Origin: a virus
Lineage: Duplodnaviria; Caudoviricetes
Reading direction: 5' to 3' (one strand)
Virus record (IMG/VR): IMGVR_UViG_3300032227_001145
Coordinates: 4,688-68,687 of that record
DNA: 64,000 nucleotides
The position numbers were made by a program, and so were the translations under genes. This document shows positions 38,116 to 48,511 of the stretch, in pieces; the stretch's first letter is position 1, and each line of letters begins with the position of its first letter. The notes beneath the pieces are model-generated. The model was not told where the DNA came from, ran no database searches, and saw nothing but the letters and a program-made list of their open reading frames with translations.

Positions 38116-39660
38116 TTAGGTTATTGTGTAATTTATTACACGGGTTGTTACACCATTGGACAAATCAATTGTTGATTGATCCTGCGTGCCATAATATACA
38201 CCTTCATCTAGTGCGTCATTCATTTCTGAGGTTTTGCTTGCTAAAAAGTTTTTTGCATGAAACATTCCATAAGAGGGGTCAGCTATGGCTGTTGCAGTAA
38301 CAGAAGCACTTTCTACTGTTCCTAGATTAGATACAACCAACTTCTCACTTGAGCCTAAACTTATAATTCTTTCATTTCTTCTTACTGGATTATTTTTATT
38401 GACATTTATTTCAAATTTAATAATTCCATCTGGCAAGCCAGAATTATTGTAAATTTCATTGGTTGAAAACATAATTTGCTCTGCAATCTCCGCTTTGTCT
38501 TTTGACATTGTAGTACTTCTGGATTGCTCATATATTAATCCACTTGCTTCAGAAAACAAAGAAATTACTTTCGATTCGTTTTGACTCTTTTGAGATGTCC
38601 ATAATGCAAGCGCATTATAATATCTTTTAGATAAATTTTGACCAGTGGAAGAGTAAGTTGTTGATAAACTATATTCATAATTTGCTCCATTTTTCTGTTT
38701 AGAGCAGGAGTAAATAACCGTGTTTTGTTGAGACAAACTTGGATCAGTAGAGAAGGATAATTCTATAGAAGCTCTGTTTGAATCGCTTGAGATTCCCTTG
38801 GAAATGCTATGAGGCTTACCAAATTGACTTTGCTGTCCAGAGATTACTTCATCTATTATATTGGATATCGCCGCCTCTATTGTTCTTTGGGTGTCAAAAG
38901 ATAAAGAAGTAATTTCTATGCTTATCATCTTTTCTAAATATCCATTTATATTTTGTGATATTTTTTCAGATGTTTTTTTAGAAACATTATTAGCATTATC
39001 TATGAAAGAGGACTCAAAACTTTCTTGCAATGAAACGCTTAACTGAATTAAATCTATATCTTCGGTAAGTTTTGAATAAAACTTATTATCAAATTTAGCA
39101 TTTTCCGAAATACCATCTTCGTAGTATCCGAGAGAAGGTCTATTATTATGATAATAATTTGTTAAAAAAAGTTTAGCATTATTTAAAAATTGATCGCCAG
39201 CATCTTGCGTATATTTTATAGATACATTTCTAGTATAAGAAAAGGTTTCATCTTTTCGCGCAAAATTATAATTTTCCTCAAAACTTTCTAGTAAATGAGG
39301 ATTGGGAATATATTTAGAAAATGTGCTTGAGCTGTAGTCATTCAACCTCCTTCTTTCAACAATTGTAATTGAGGCGGTTTCCGAACCAACTAACGAGCTT
39401 TTTTCAAAAGACAAGTTTGTTATTAATGCATTAACAAATTCGTCTCCACCTATTCTAGCTGTAACATTTTGTCTTTCGTATGCGGATCTGATCGCAGATC
39501 TTCCAGAAAGAAGAACTCCATTGCCAATTTCGAATTGTATGTCTGATATATTAATTTTATAATTGGCAGTTAAAACATATCCAAAAATCTCATCACTATC
39601 AAGATAAGAATATTGAATTTGCAAATCTGAAGACTCTACATTATTAATTAATAAAGACAT
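38116..39660 (-). CDS. Tail-tip virion protein (distal-tail position)
   Basis: Immediately after the tape measure gene; beta-rich. Confidence 0.5.
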   Translation of the reverse strand: MSLLINNVESSDLQIQYSYLDSDEIFGYVLTANYKINISDIQFEIGNGVLLSGRSAIRSAYERQNVTARIGGDEFVNALITNLSFEKSSLVGSETASITIVERRRLNDYSSSTFSKYIPNPHLLESFEENYNFARKDETFSYTRNVSIKYTQDAGDQFLNNAKLFLTNYYHNNRPSLGYYEDGISENAKFDNKFYSKLTEDIDLIQLSVSLQESFESSFIDNANNVSKKTSEKISQNINGYLEKMISIEITSLSFDTQRTIEAAISNIIDEVISGQQSQFGKPHSISKGISSDSNRASIELSFSTDPSLSQQNTVIYSCSKQKNGANYEYSLSTTYSSTGQNLSKRYYNALALWTSQKSQNESKVISLFSEASGLIYEQSRSTTMSKDKAEIAEQIMFSTNEIYNNSGLPDGIIKFEINVNKNNPVRRNERIISLGSSEKLVVSNLGTVESASVTATAIADPSYGMFHAKNFLASKTSEMNDALDEGVYYGTQDQSTIDLSNGVTTRVINYTIT

Positions 39661-39670
39661 GTTTTATAAT

Positions 39671-42600
39671 TTACTGAGTTAAGTCGCGAAGCTTTGCTTT
39701 TACTTCTTCAAGTTCTGCTTTTGTTTTTTCTTGCTTTACATCTAGCGATTTGATATAATCAGTCTGTTCTTTAATTTTGTCGGCAGTTGCCTTAGCTGTG
39801 ACCATTACCGCTGTTGCCACACCACCCAAACTGGCAGATGCATTTTCAAACGCTTTCATATTAGTTGCAGCATCATTCATGGTCTTGGCCATATTCAAAA
39901 TCGGATCAACAATAAGCCCGCCCTTGTCAAAAGTAGCTCCAAAGTCTTTTATTTTTTTCTTTAAATCTTCGAGTTCTTTTACATAAGCGGCTTGCTCAGT
40001 TTTGAGATCCGCAATTTCTTTCTCTCCCTGCTTTGTTTCGCCCTGTGAAAATAATTCTTCTCTTTCCGCTTTTGTTCCACCAACAAAAGCGGTCTCTTTC
40101 TCAAGACGTTTTCTTTCTTCTGCGGATATACCAGCGTATTGACTAAATACAGTTTCTTTCTGTTTTTCGGTTAGACCTCTTCTATCCATTTCCTCAGTCA
40201 TCTGAGCAATTATTTCGCCCTTTTGCTGATCTGTTTCAGCTTCTCTATAAGCCCTGCCGCCCTCTTTCATTTCGTCAAGATTCAATGGACCTTCTTTGAT
40301 ATTAGTTGCAATACGAGAATTCACCCCACTCATTAATGAGATTTGTTTTTGAGTTATTTGTAATTGAAGTTGGCTAATTCTATTCTGCACCTCAATTTGT
40401 CTTTTTGCCATGTTGGCAGCGGTATCAGCAATAGACTTTTTAAAATTCTCACCAGCCTCTGCAACAGCCTTCTTTAGTTCATCTGCTTTTTCTGGATCTT
40501 TATTTTCTAAAAGTCTTTGTTCAGCATCAAATTTTTGGCTTTGAGCTAGATTGGTCGCAAAAATAGATTGATTTGTGGCAGCTTGACCTTGTAAAGACGC
40601 TGCCATTGGTCCTTGAACAGACGAAAGTATATTGCTAGTAAGCTCGCCACCAAAGGCATAATTTTCTGATTTCGTGGCGTAATTCTTAACAGTAGTCCCA
40701 AGGCTATTGGTTACTTCGGCAACTTTCGCCTGATATTTTTCCAATCTAGCTGTTAATTTTCTTTGCTCAAGATTTAATTTATTTATTGTATCAATATTTG
40801 CATATCCAACTGAAACGCGATTTATAATTCCAGCTAAAGCCTCATTGGCAGCATTAATTTCTTCTTGACTTGATGATGAGTCTATAATTGTTCTATAATA
40901 TTTATTTATCTCATCTTTTAATCCTGTCGGATTTAAGCCAGCGGCAGAAGAAAACTCTGCTGATTTTTTTCTCAAATCTCCAATACTATCAAATCCACCC
41001 CCTTTTAAATTTTTAGTAATGCCTTGAACGGTCTTATTTCTTCGCTCATTGGCTTTTTCTTGTTCTTTAATGTTTTGGTCTGCTTTGGTCATAGAGTCGT
41101 ATAATGACCATCCTGCACCAATAACTGCTCCAATTCCTGTCCCCAAAGGTCCAAACATTGATCCTATCGAAGCAAACTGTACTGCGGTAGCCGCCATATC
41201 TGTGTAGGTTGACATTACAGTGTCTCCTGCTTCTTCTGCGTCGTTTCCCAACTTTTCAAGTCCTGCTGAAGCAACAGTAAGACCTGTTGATATGGCTATA
41301 CTTCTTCCTAAACTTTTTTGACTTTTTGCAATTTCTTTTACTGCGTCATCCGCCGTCTGAGCAGCACCTGTTGCAGCCTGAGTTGCAGCCTGAGTTGCAC
41401 GACCCCTTCCTAATAATCCTCTTGCTCCTGATGCGGCACGTCCTAAAAGTCCTCCAATAGCGCCTGCCGCATATCCTCTTGCAAATCTTTGAACTGGGCT
41501 TTTTGATGGTTTTGAAATATGTCCTTTTGCGAATCTTGGAATACGTCCTTTTGCGAATCTTGGTATATATCCAGAAGCCCTGCCCCTTTTAGGAGATGGC
41601 AGCGATTTTAATTTCGGAGAAGATATTACTGTCTCGCCTTTTTTTTCTTGATTGTATATTTTTTTAGCAAAGCTGTCTTTATTTGAACTGCTATCCGAAG
41701 CTTTAAAATCCATTATACTAATATTTTCATTTAATCCAAATAATTTTTGAATATCTGAAGTTATCTTTGCACTTTGTCCTTTTATATCAAAATCTCCACC
41801 TTCAATATTTGATAGAGGCAGAACTCCCAAGGAAGTTGCTACAGCACCTTCGAAAGCAGAACCAATCGCTGCTTGAATTGCTCCTTTAGCGCCACCAAGA
41901 TTTTCCATTTTTTCTTTCACCATAGATGGAGAAACATCTCCGACTATCGGATTAAGTCTATTTGCAAATTTTGCTGAATTTTCATATATTGATTCTCTAA
42001 TATTTTCGCCAATTTTTTCATCTTCTGGAGAACCTTTTACTAATTCTTGTGATCCTTGTGGAATTTTTGGACCATCAATTTTTAAATTGCTCATGTTGTA
42101 ACGTATGGTTTTGTCACCCTTTTTAAAGGAGCCATTAAATGGATTTAGTGTCCCTGACTCTCCAATCTTAGGAATCAAATACGAATACCGAGCTGCATTT
42201 AATTGAATTTGCTGTTCTTCTTTTTGCATTTCTAATGCTTCTTTTTCGGCAAGAAGCTTTTTAGCCAATCGTCTTTTCTCATCGGATGTGTTTGGATTGT
42301 TTATAAAACTTTCATAGTCTTTTACTGATCTAAGGGTGCCACCGGGACTCAATAGACCCATCTCTTTATAATCTGGGTTCAAATCTTTTGGTAACTGAGG
42401 TACTCTACCACCAGTAGACCTTGGAAGATTTCCTCTAGCATACATTGGAATAACCGCAGAATCTCCATTTCTTCCGAAGTTAGGAATTTCAATTTCTTCG
42501 CTATTCATTATGAAGCGACTTCCTCCAATTTTTCCTTGACCATAATGAGCCTTAACGCCAGAAGACGCTCCAAGCATCATTGCAGTAGCTTCTTCTTGCA

Positions 42601-44197
42601 TGAAGCCTGTTGCGAATTTTTTTCCACCTTTTCCAGAAAATCCTCCAGATGGTCCGCTATAGCCTCTAACACCACCCTGAGCAGCGACTCTTGCAATGTT
42701 TGTTACAAGTTGTTGTTGCTGCACTAGCAAGGCATTTTGCTGCTTGATAGCCGCAATAACCGCAGCTTCTTTTTGCGCTTGAGTTGCGGTTGTGCTAGCA
42801 AGAACCTTTCTTAAATTTGCGTCTTTAGCAAGTAAATCTACTATTCCAGATTCTATACTTTTAACTCTTTCTGATGCAGAACCAATCTGCATAACACTTT
42901 TAAAACCATCTGCTGCAAATTTTACAACAAGTCTAAAAATATTTAAAAATGCACCTGTAATAAGAACGAGTCCCGGTCCCGAAACAAATTTTCCAATTAC
43001 ATCAAAAAGGCCCTGAATAAACTTATTTCCCTTTTCAGGATCAAGAGCCTTATCTAACCACTCAGATAAAGATGTTGCAACTCCAACTAGATTTTCAAGC
43101 AATGGAGCAAATGTTATAGAGCCAATTTTTTCTGCAAGACTTGTTAGAGATACAACTAATCCATTAAGCTGCGCTTGCATGGATTTATTTAATTCTGCAT
43201 TTCTTGAATAAGCATCATTGCCAGCCTGCCCCGCTGCTTTAGTAGCTGCGGTAAAGATAGATGTTTCAGAAGATAGATCTTTAAGCGCAGCGCTAACTAC
43301 GTTAATTTGGTAAACGCCACCAGCAAGTTCTTTGATTTCGCTGACTGTTGTAGGATCGCCAATATTTTCTATTGCGGTTGCAAGCGCCTGTAATTTTTGA
43401 ACACCACTTTGACTTGAATCAATTTGAACACCAAGTGCCTTTAAATCATCAATTGTGCTTGCATCACTTAGTCTTGTAAAAATTGTTTTAAATGCGTTAC
43501 CAATAACAGCTCCACCACGAGCCGTCTTCTGTTCAACTGCGGTAATTAATCCCAAAAGCTCTTCAAAGGTAACTCCAGCATCTTCTGCTGTAGATCCCGC
43601 TCGACTAAATCCTTGAGCTAAATCTTCTGCGGAAACAGCGAAGCGAGTATCAACTGCAACAATTTTATTAACAACATCTTCTGCGGTTAAACCAGCAGAG
43701 GTAAATCCATTCATTGCCGAGGTAAGAGCTTTAACAGAAGCTTCTGCGCCTAGCCCAGAAATTCTTGTTAGAATCATTGCAGCTTCAAGTCTCTTAGCAG
43801 TTTCTGCTGCACTGAGACCTTGACGAGCTAATTCTGCGGCACCACTAGCAACAGTATTAAAAGACTGACCAGTGCTTTTCGCGGCTTGAAATATAGAATC
43901 TCTAAATTTCCCAAACTCTGCTGAAGAAGCTCCAAGAATTGAGTTTATTTCGACTAGTTTGGCCTGAACTTCAATTGTTGTGCTTACAAGCTGTTTAAAC
44001 GACTGACTTATACCTTGAATAACGGCTGTTGTGGCTCCGAAGGCGAAAACACGAGCAGTAGAAGCGTCAAGGGACTTTTGGAATTCTGAAGCTTGTCCAG
44101 TAATCCTTCCTAAAGCTTGTTGAACCTGCCTTGCAGATGCATTTACGCTCGAAGGATTTAAGTTGATATTGGCATTTAATGTAATTGGTGCAGCCAT
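39671..44197 (-). CDS. Tail tape measure protein (1508 aa)
   Basis: TP901-like core (AELARQG, EELLGLITAVEQKTARGGAVIGNAFKTIFTRL), A/G-rich helices, C-terminal coiled coil; follows two chaperone-like genes. Confidence 0.9.
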   Translation of the reverse strand: MAAPITLNANINLNPSSVNASARQVQQALGRITGQASEFQKSLDASTARVFAFGATTAVIQGISQSFKQLVSTTIEVQAKLVEINSILGASSAEFGKFRDSIFQAAKSTGQSFNTVASGAAELARQGLSAAETAKRLEAAMILTRISGLGAEASVKALTSAMNGFTSAGLTAEDVVNKIVAVDTRFAVSAEDLAQGFSRAGSTAEDAGVTFEELLGLITAVEQKTARGGAVIGNAFKTIFTRLSDASTIDDLKALGVQIDSSQSGVQKLQALATAIENIGDPTTVSEIKELAGGVYQINVVSAALKDLSSETSIFTAATKAAGQAGNDAYSRNAELNKSMQAQLNGLVVSLTSLAEKIGSITFAPLLENLVGVATSLSEWLDKALDPEKGNKFIQGLFDVIGKFVSGPGLVLITGAFLNIFRLVVKFAADGFKSVMQIGSASERVKSIESGIVDLLAKDANLRKVLASTTATQAQKEAAVIAAIKQQNALLVQQQQLVTNIARVAAQGGVRGYSGPSGGFSGKGGKKFATGFMQEEATAMMLGASSGVKAHYGQGKIGGSRFIMNSEEIEIPNFGRNGDSAVIPMYARGNLPRSTGGRVPQLPKDLNPDYKEMGLLSPGGTLRSVKDYESFINNPNTSDEKRRLAKKLLAEKEALEMQKEEQQIQLNAARYSYLIPKIGESGTLNPFNGSFKKGDKTIRYNMSNLKIDGPKIPQGSQELVKGSPEDEKIGENIRESIYENSAKFANRLNPIVGDVSPSMVKEKMENLGGAKGAIQAAIGSAFEGAVATSLGVLPLSNIEGGDFDIKGQSAKITSDIQKLFGLNENISIMDFKASDSSSNKDSFAKKIYNQEKKGETVISSPKLKSLPSPKRGRASGYIPRFAKGRIPRFAKGHISKPSKSPVQRFARGYAAGAIGGLLGRAASGARGLLGRGRATQAATQAATGAAQTADDAVKEIAKSQKSLGRSIAISTGLTVASAGLEKLGNDAEEAGDTVMSTYTDMAATAVQFASIGSMFGPLGTGIGAVIGAGWSLYDSMTKADQNIKEQEKANERRNKTVQGITKNLKGGGFDSIGDLRKKSAEFSSAAGLNPTGLKDEINKYYRTIIDSSSSQEEINAANEALAGIINRVSVGYANIDTINKLNLEQRKLTARLEKYQAKVAEVTNSLGTTVKNYATKSENYAFGGELTSNILSSVQGPMAASLQGQAATNQSIFATNLAQSQKFDAEQRLLENKDPEKADELKKAVAEAGENFKKSIADTAANMAKRQIEVQNRISQLQLQITQKQISLMSGVNSRIATNIKEGPLNLDEMKEGGRAYREAETDQQKGEIIAQMTEEMDRRGLTEKQKETVFSQYAGISAEERKRLEKETAFVGGTKAEREELFSQGETKQGEKEIADLKTEQAAYVKELEDLKKKIKDFGATFDKGGLIVDPILNMAKTMNDAATNMKAFENASASLGGVATAVMVTAKATADKIKEQTDYIKSLDVKQEKTKAELEEVKAKLRDLTQ
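41371..41394. repeat. 12-bp tandem repeat in the tape measure gene (ATQA x2)
   Basis: TTGCAGCCTGAG twice plus a partial copy. Confidence 0.85.
41521..41563. repeat. 19-bp direct repeat with 24-bp period in the tape measure gene (PRFAKG x2)
   Basis: GTCCTTTTGCGAATCTTGG at 41521 and 41545. Confidence 0.85.
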
Positions 44198-44206
44198 TTC
44201 AACTAA

Positions 44207-44212
44207 TTACAC
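44207..44212 (-). promoter_or_regulatory. GTGTAA putative late promoter element (tape measure)
   Basis: 9 nt upstream of the ATG. Confidence 0.65.
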
Positions 44213-44216
44213 AAAA

Positions 44217-45086
44217 TTAACTCAAAAGGTCTTCGGCATTTAACTTGCCATTATTTCTTAACATTTTTTCTCTCAAATCATCTACACCCTCTGATCTCTT
44301 AACCTCTCTGCCTTCTGATTTTTGGTATTTAATTATTTTTATTGGATCTTTTTTAATATCATCAGGCATGTCTACATTCTTTAATTTGTATAAAATTAAA
44401 GAAGCATACATTAAAAGATTTTTTTGCAAAACAGTTATATTAAAAATATCTCTTTTAATCATTGATAGAGGATCTCTATGACTTAAAGTATATAACTCAA
44501 AAAAAGAATTTAAGTAAGCCACTCTAATAAGCACATCCTCTCTTGATATAAAATTTAATCTTTTATTAAGTTGATTCATTATAAAATTACTGTCAGTAGC
44601 TTCTGCTGGGCAGGTAAGCTTTTCGTCAGTAAATATCGATGTTTCAATTAATCTTAAATTTCTTTTATGAGAAGCGCAGCTTTCTGCACTATATTGAATA
44701 ATATTATTTCTTTTTTCTTGAATTTGACTCAACTCATCTCTTTGCTTTTGAATAGATGCATTAAAAGATATTTTTTGAATATTGTCTGTAATTTTAGAAG
44801 CAGCCGTTTCTGATTTGTGAATTGTCCAATTAAGAGTTTTAATTTTCTCTTCTATATCTTTACTCCAATATTTTTTTTTGATGGCAGATTCAATCAACTC
44901 TTCTTCAGACTTAATTCCATCTTTTTTTGCTTGTTTATACGCATCAAGTTCAAATTCGTCAAGAGCAAGGGTTTCTGAAACAAGAAAATGCTTAAAATAA
45001 AGCTTCTTATCGTTTTTGTAGAAAACGCTATACCCTCTCAAGATATCCAAGAGGACCAAAGACAAATCTGAATCCTCGTTGATCAT
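44217..45086 (-). CDS. Probable tail assembly chaperone (downstream)
   Basis: Helical, charged; lies between tail tube and tape measure. Confidence 0.5.
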   Translation of the reverse strand: MINEDSDLSLVLLDILRGYSVFYKNDKKLYFKHFLVSETLALDEFELDAYKQAKKDGIKSEEELIESAIKKKYWSKDIEEKIKTLNWTIHKSETAASKITDNIQKISFNASIQKQRDELSQIQEKRNNIIQYSAESCASHKRNLRLIETSIFTDEKLTCPAEATDSNFIMNQLNKRLNFISREDVLIRVAYLNSFFELYTLSHRDPLSMIKRDIFNITVLQKNLLMYASLILYKLKNVDMPDDIKKDPIKIIKYQKSEGREVKRSEGVDDLREKMLRNNGKLNAEDLLS

Positions 45087-45868
45087 TCATCAGGAAAAAG
45101 TTCTTTTATCTTTTTGTCAATTTCTTCTTGGTCTTTGCCGACTTTGTTATACCAAATATTAACAACCTTAACCAAGTGCATAAAAGATTTGTCAAAAATG
45201 GCCTTATTTTTAAGAAGAGCTTTGTCTGAAATATCTTCAGCATCTTCGCATAGTCTCAAATAATGCTCTCTTTTTTCTTCGTAATCATCGCCAAGAAATA
45301 ATGGGAAAATTTCTTTAGAACCATTACTTAATTCTTCTTCGTAATAAGAAAAGTTAAAAAGAAACCATTCAATAATCTTTTGCTCCGCCTTGGTTTCCGC
45401 CGTTTGTTGGTATTGCGTCCTGAAAGAATTTTCAAAATTTTCAATATTTTTTAAGCTTGATACGAAAAGCTCCCTAGCTTCTTTAAGTTTGATTGTTTGC
45501 TCTTCGTCAAGATCATCTCTTCCTTCATAAAATTGAATAATTTTTGCAGATTCTAAATTATCAACAAAAGCCTTATTAACACTTTCTTCCATTAGCTTAG
45601 ATGAAGTGCCACCAATATCTCCAAGCTTCTTATTAAGCATGGCTTTAGTTAAAAAGCCAGCATTGATAAGTTCATTGTATTTTTGACCATAAAAGAATTC
45701 TGCATTCTCGATATCTGAGAAATTAGGCTTTTGAAAAACAACTCTATTGGTGATCTGTGATTTTACAACCTTTGTAGACTCTACCATTTCTCCCTTTTTA
45801 TTTTTACTAACGTATGGGATTGTTTTTTCTATTTCTCTGGTTATTGGAAACGAATATAATTCTTTCAT
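45083..45868 (-). CDS. Probable tail assembly chaperone (upstream)
   Basis: Helical, acidic; syntenic position. Confidence 0.5.
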   Translation of the reverse strand: MKELYSFPITREIEKTIPYVSKNKKGEMVESTKVVKSQITNRVVFQKPNFSDIENAEFFYGQKYNELINAGFLTKAMLNKKLGDIGGTSSKLMEESVNKAFVDNLESAKIIQFYEGRDDLDEEQTIKLKEARELFVSSLKNIENFENSFRTQYQQTAETKAEQKIIEWFLFNFSYYEEELSNGSKEIFPLFLGDDYEEKREHYLRLCEDAEDISDKALLKNKAIFDKSFMHLVKVVNIWYNKVGKDQEEIDKKIKELFPDE

Positions 45869-45869
45869 G

Positions 45870-46319
45870 TTAATGCGTCAATACAATATTATCAGAAGAA
45901 ATTAAAATAATTCCAGCAGAATCCGCCAATATATTCAAATAATCTTGACTTATTCCTTTGTGAGTAATTGCTATTGAAGAATTACCATGTTTATCGAATT
46001 CAATTCTATTTGGTTGATTTAATACATTGATGTTGTTTTTAATTAAAACCCCATCTATATAATAAGAAGCATAATTGCTATCATGAAAGTGAGTTGTTAT
46101 TTTAAAAGTCTTATTTGACCTATAGCCACCAATAAAATCTCCAGATCTGTCAAAAATATAACCATTATATCCTGAAAACATTACGCCAGAATTAATTAAA
46201 CCAGACTCTTCAGTTCCGTAATCAGCAACGATTTTAAATCCAGATTGAGCTGAATCAATTAATATGTCAAAATCGATTATTGATTTATTATAGCCAGTAA
46301 TGTCTTGATAAACGAGCAT
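45870..46319 (-). CDS. Small virion-associated protein
   Basis: Own GTGTAA element; beta-rich; 6 S/T-G dipeptides. Confidence 0.5.
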   Translation of the reverse strand: MLVYQDITGYNKSIIDFDILIDSAQSGFKIVADYGTEESGLINSGVMFSGYNGYIFDRSGDFIGGYRSNKTFKITTHFHDSNYASYYIDGVLIKNNINVLNQPNRIEFDKHGNSSIAITHKGISQDYLNILADSAGIILISSDNIVLTH

Positions 46320-46328
46320 TTTATTATA

Positions 46329-46334
46329 TTACAC
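46329..46334 (-). promoter_or_regulatory. GTGTAA putative late promoter element
   Basis: GTGTAATATAAT, 9 nt before the ATG, abutting the terminator U-tract. Confidence 0.65.
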
Positions 46335-46369
46335 AAAAAATAAGCCTCATCTTTCGATGAGGCTTATTT
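46335..46369 (-). terminator. Intrinsic terminator after the tail tube gene
   Basis: AAATAAGCCTCATC-GAAA-GATGAGGCTTATTT then a T run. Confidence 0.88.
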
Positions 46370-46392
46370 AAGTTTAATTCAAAGAAACATTA

Positions 46393-47598
46393 TTAGATAG
46401 GTTGAGCTGCTGCTGCAACTCCGCTATATAAACCAGTATTTCTACTTGTTCCAGCAAGCCAATTTGTATTTGCGGCACCTGTCCAGAATAAACCATCAGT
46501 TGTTGTTGAGACTCCACCTATTTGTGCAGAGAATGTTAAATCAACAGTTTCGTTATCGTCAAGACCAATAGAGAAATTTTGAGAATCGAGAACGGCATTT
46601 TTAAGCTCGAAGTAATGCTGAGTAGTTCCTGCATCATTTTTTACTTCAACTTTAATATTTGTTTTGTTATCTCCAGCAGTTCCAGTAAGAACATGTTCAA
46701 GAGCGCCTGCTGCGAAGTTTCTAACAAGCGTATTCATAGTCATTGTAACATTGATTGGGAATTCAAGCAGCTTTGCATAAGCTCTTTCTTGTCCTAAGCA
46801 TTCAATATTTTGACGGGAAAGTGGAACTTCAATAGAGCAGCTTTGTAAGCAAACAGCATTTAAATCACATCCTCCAACTTTGCCAACTCCATTTGCAGTT
46901 GTAGTTGAAATGTTATTGGTGTTAAAAGTTACGATAACGTCATCTGGTCTAAGAACAAGCATACTCATAGTACCAGTGCTTGGAACGCCAAGAGAAAATA
47001 ATCCAGCGTCTGCTCTGCCGCCATCTGAATTTAGAGCTGGGTTCTTAAAACCAGAGTGTCCACCAGTATAGAATACAATATTTGATGCTTCGAATTCAAC
47101 ATCTGCTCTTGGAATTTCTCCAACGGAGAAATTAGCAGTATAAGAGGTCATGGTGCAATTACCAAAGCCAATCACATCATGATCCGCTCTTTGACTTTCA
47201 TAAACACTTGTATTAAAAGCATCTTCACCTTCCTTAGAAGTTAGAACATAAATATTTCTTTCTTTAACAAGAGCATCATTTGTTAAGAATCCAGAGATCA
47301 TTTGCGCACCAGTATCATTTGTAAAACCAAGCGCAAGCTCGTTTTCGCCATCTCCTAGATAATAACCAAGAGAAATGGAAGGATTAATTTCGGACATTGT
47401 TAATGTGCCGATACGAGCTAATTGACCGAATTCTCTAATGTCTTGTCTAGAACCCGCTAAATCAATATCAAATGATAATGTGTCAACGCGATGTAACTGA
47501 TGACCAGAAATCGCATTTTTAGATGCGCTTTCATACCACCCAGTATTAGTTACATAAACAGCCTTATTTTGTGAAATTACTCTTGTTCTTGTTGCCAT
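46393..47598 (-). CDS. Major tail (tube) protein
   Basis: Own promoter and terminator; RQDIREFGQL and RQNIECLGQ internal duplication typical of tube proteins; upstream of chaperones and tape measure. Confidence 0.7.
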   Translation of the reverse strand: MATRTRVISQNKAVYVTNTGWYESASKNAISGHQLHRVDTLSFDIDLAGSRQDIREFGQLARIGTLTMSEINPSISLGYYLGDGENELALGFTNDTGAQMISGFLTNDALVKERNIYVLTSKEGEDAFNTSVYESQRADHDVIGFGNCTMTSYTANFSVGEIPRADVEFEASNIVFYTGGHSGFKNPALNSDGGRADAGLFSLGVPSTGTMSMLVLRPDDVIVTFNTNNISTTTANGVGKVGGCDLNAVCLQSCSIEVPLSRQNIECLGQERAYAKLLEFPINVTMTMNTLVRNFAAGALEHVLTGTAGDNKTNIKVEVKNDAGTTQHYFELKNAVLDSQNFSIGLDDNETVDLTFSAQIGGVSTTTDGLFWTGAANTNWLAGTSRNTGLYSGVAAAAQPI

Positions 47599-47622
47599 AT
47601 TCTATAGAAATGTTTATTTTTA

Positions 47623-47628
47623 TTACAC
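47623..47628 (-). promoter_or_regulatory. GTGTAA putative late promoter element (tail tube)
   Basis: 24 nt upstream of the ATG. Confidence 0.6.
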
Positions 47629-47632
47629 TTGT

Positions 47633-48511
47633 TTATAATCTAGGGAATCTGTAAGTGGACAAATCAAAATCAACAAGAGCAATAGAGAAGTTTTTGTTTA
47701 AATTTTCCCTAAGTTCTTCTGATATAACTTTTGAAACAGATACCTTTTCTATGTGCGATATTGCAGCACTAGCACCTTGGGATATTTTTAATGATGAGTA
47801 AAAATAGGGAAAATTTTTAATCGAATAAGAATAACCGTATGGAAAATCCTCATAAGGAATATGAGTTATTCTTTCTCTCGCGGTATCTCTTAGCCTAGAT
47901 ATAACACTATCCATTATATAAGAATCTTTAGTTAAAACCATTACTCTGATTCTTGTCTTTGTATCTTCTTCTCCACCAAAGCAAAACTCCTCGTTTTCAG
48001 AAGAAGCAATAGAAACAAAGCAGGCTGGCAAAAAGTAAGATCCTTCGTCTAATTTATTTCCCTTGCCGTATAAATAAGGAGAATCTTGGCCGTTTTCTAT
48101 GAAATCAGAATGTAAGATAAAATCTAAATCATTATCATGAGAAATATAAGTATTAACTTCTTTGACAGAAAAGTTTCCACTAATTTGTAAAGAAGTTCCA
48201 GATCCAGAGGGAAGTAGTATTCTGCCATTTTGATAATCAAGAAGAATCCCACCGTTTTGTTGGGGATTTCCAGTAATGAAATTTCCATTAATAAAAAACC
48301 CAGAATTAGAAACGTCTATATTGCTTTCAGCTACAAGCTGCCTATACTCTCCCTGATATCCAACCATGTCTTGCGGAATATCATTAAAATCAATATATTT
48401 AAATGAATTTTGCACATTTGTTAAATACGCTTTTGTATCATCTTTTAAAAGACGATTTTCCAGCCAGAGATAAAAACTGGATAAAAGGTTCTGATCAAAT
48501 TGCGCTTTCAT
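47633..48511 (-). CDS. Tail terminator/completion-like protein
   Basis: Last neck gene before the tail tube; LPACFVS..RIRVMVL pattern. Confidence 0.5.
   Translation of the reverse strand: MKAQFDQNLLSSFYLWLENRLLKDDTKAYLTNVQNSFKYIDFNDIPQDMVGYQGEYRQLVAESNIDVSNSGFFINGNFITGNPQQNGGILLDYQNGRILLPSGSGTSLQISGNFSVKEVNTYISHDNDLDFILHSDFIENGQDSPYLYGKGNKLDEGSYFLPACFVSIASSENEEFCFGGEEDTKTRIRVMVLTKDSYIMDSVISRLRDTARERITHIPYEDFPYGYSYSIKNFPYFYSSLKISQGASAAISHIEKVSVSKVISEELRENLNKNFSIALVDFDLSTYRFPRL

Noticed and set aside
38136-38153. Two GTGTAA hits upstream of gene 36513-38111
   Set aside because: Both lie inside the upstream coding sequence (GVTTRVI) and may be chance hits; not counted in the motif set
45083-45125. 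Programmed -1 frameshift joining the two tail chaperone ORFs (GAC AAA AAG near the end of the first)
   Set aside because: The -1 frame has two TGA stops immediately before the downstream ATG, so a fusion is impossible; this is ordinary ATGA coupling
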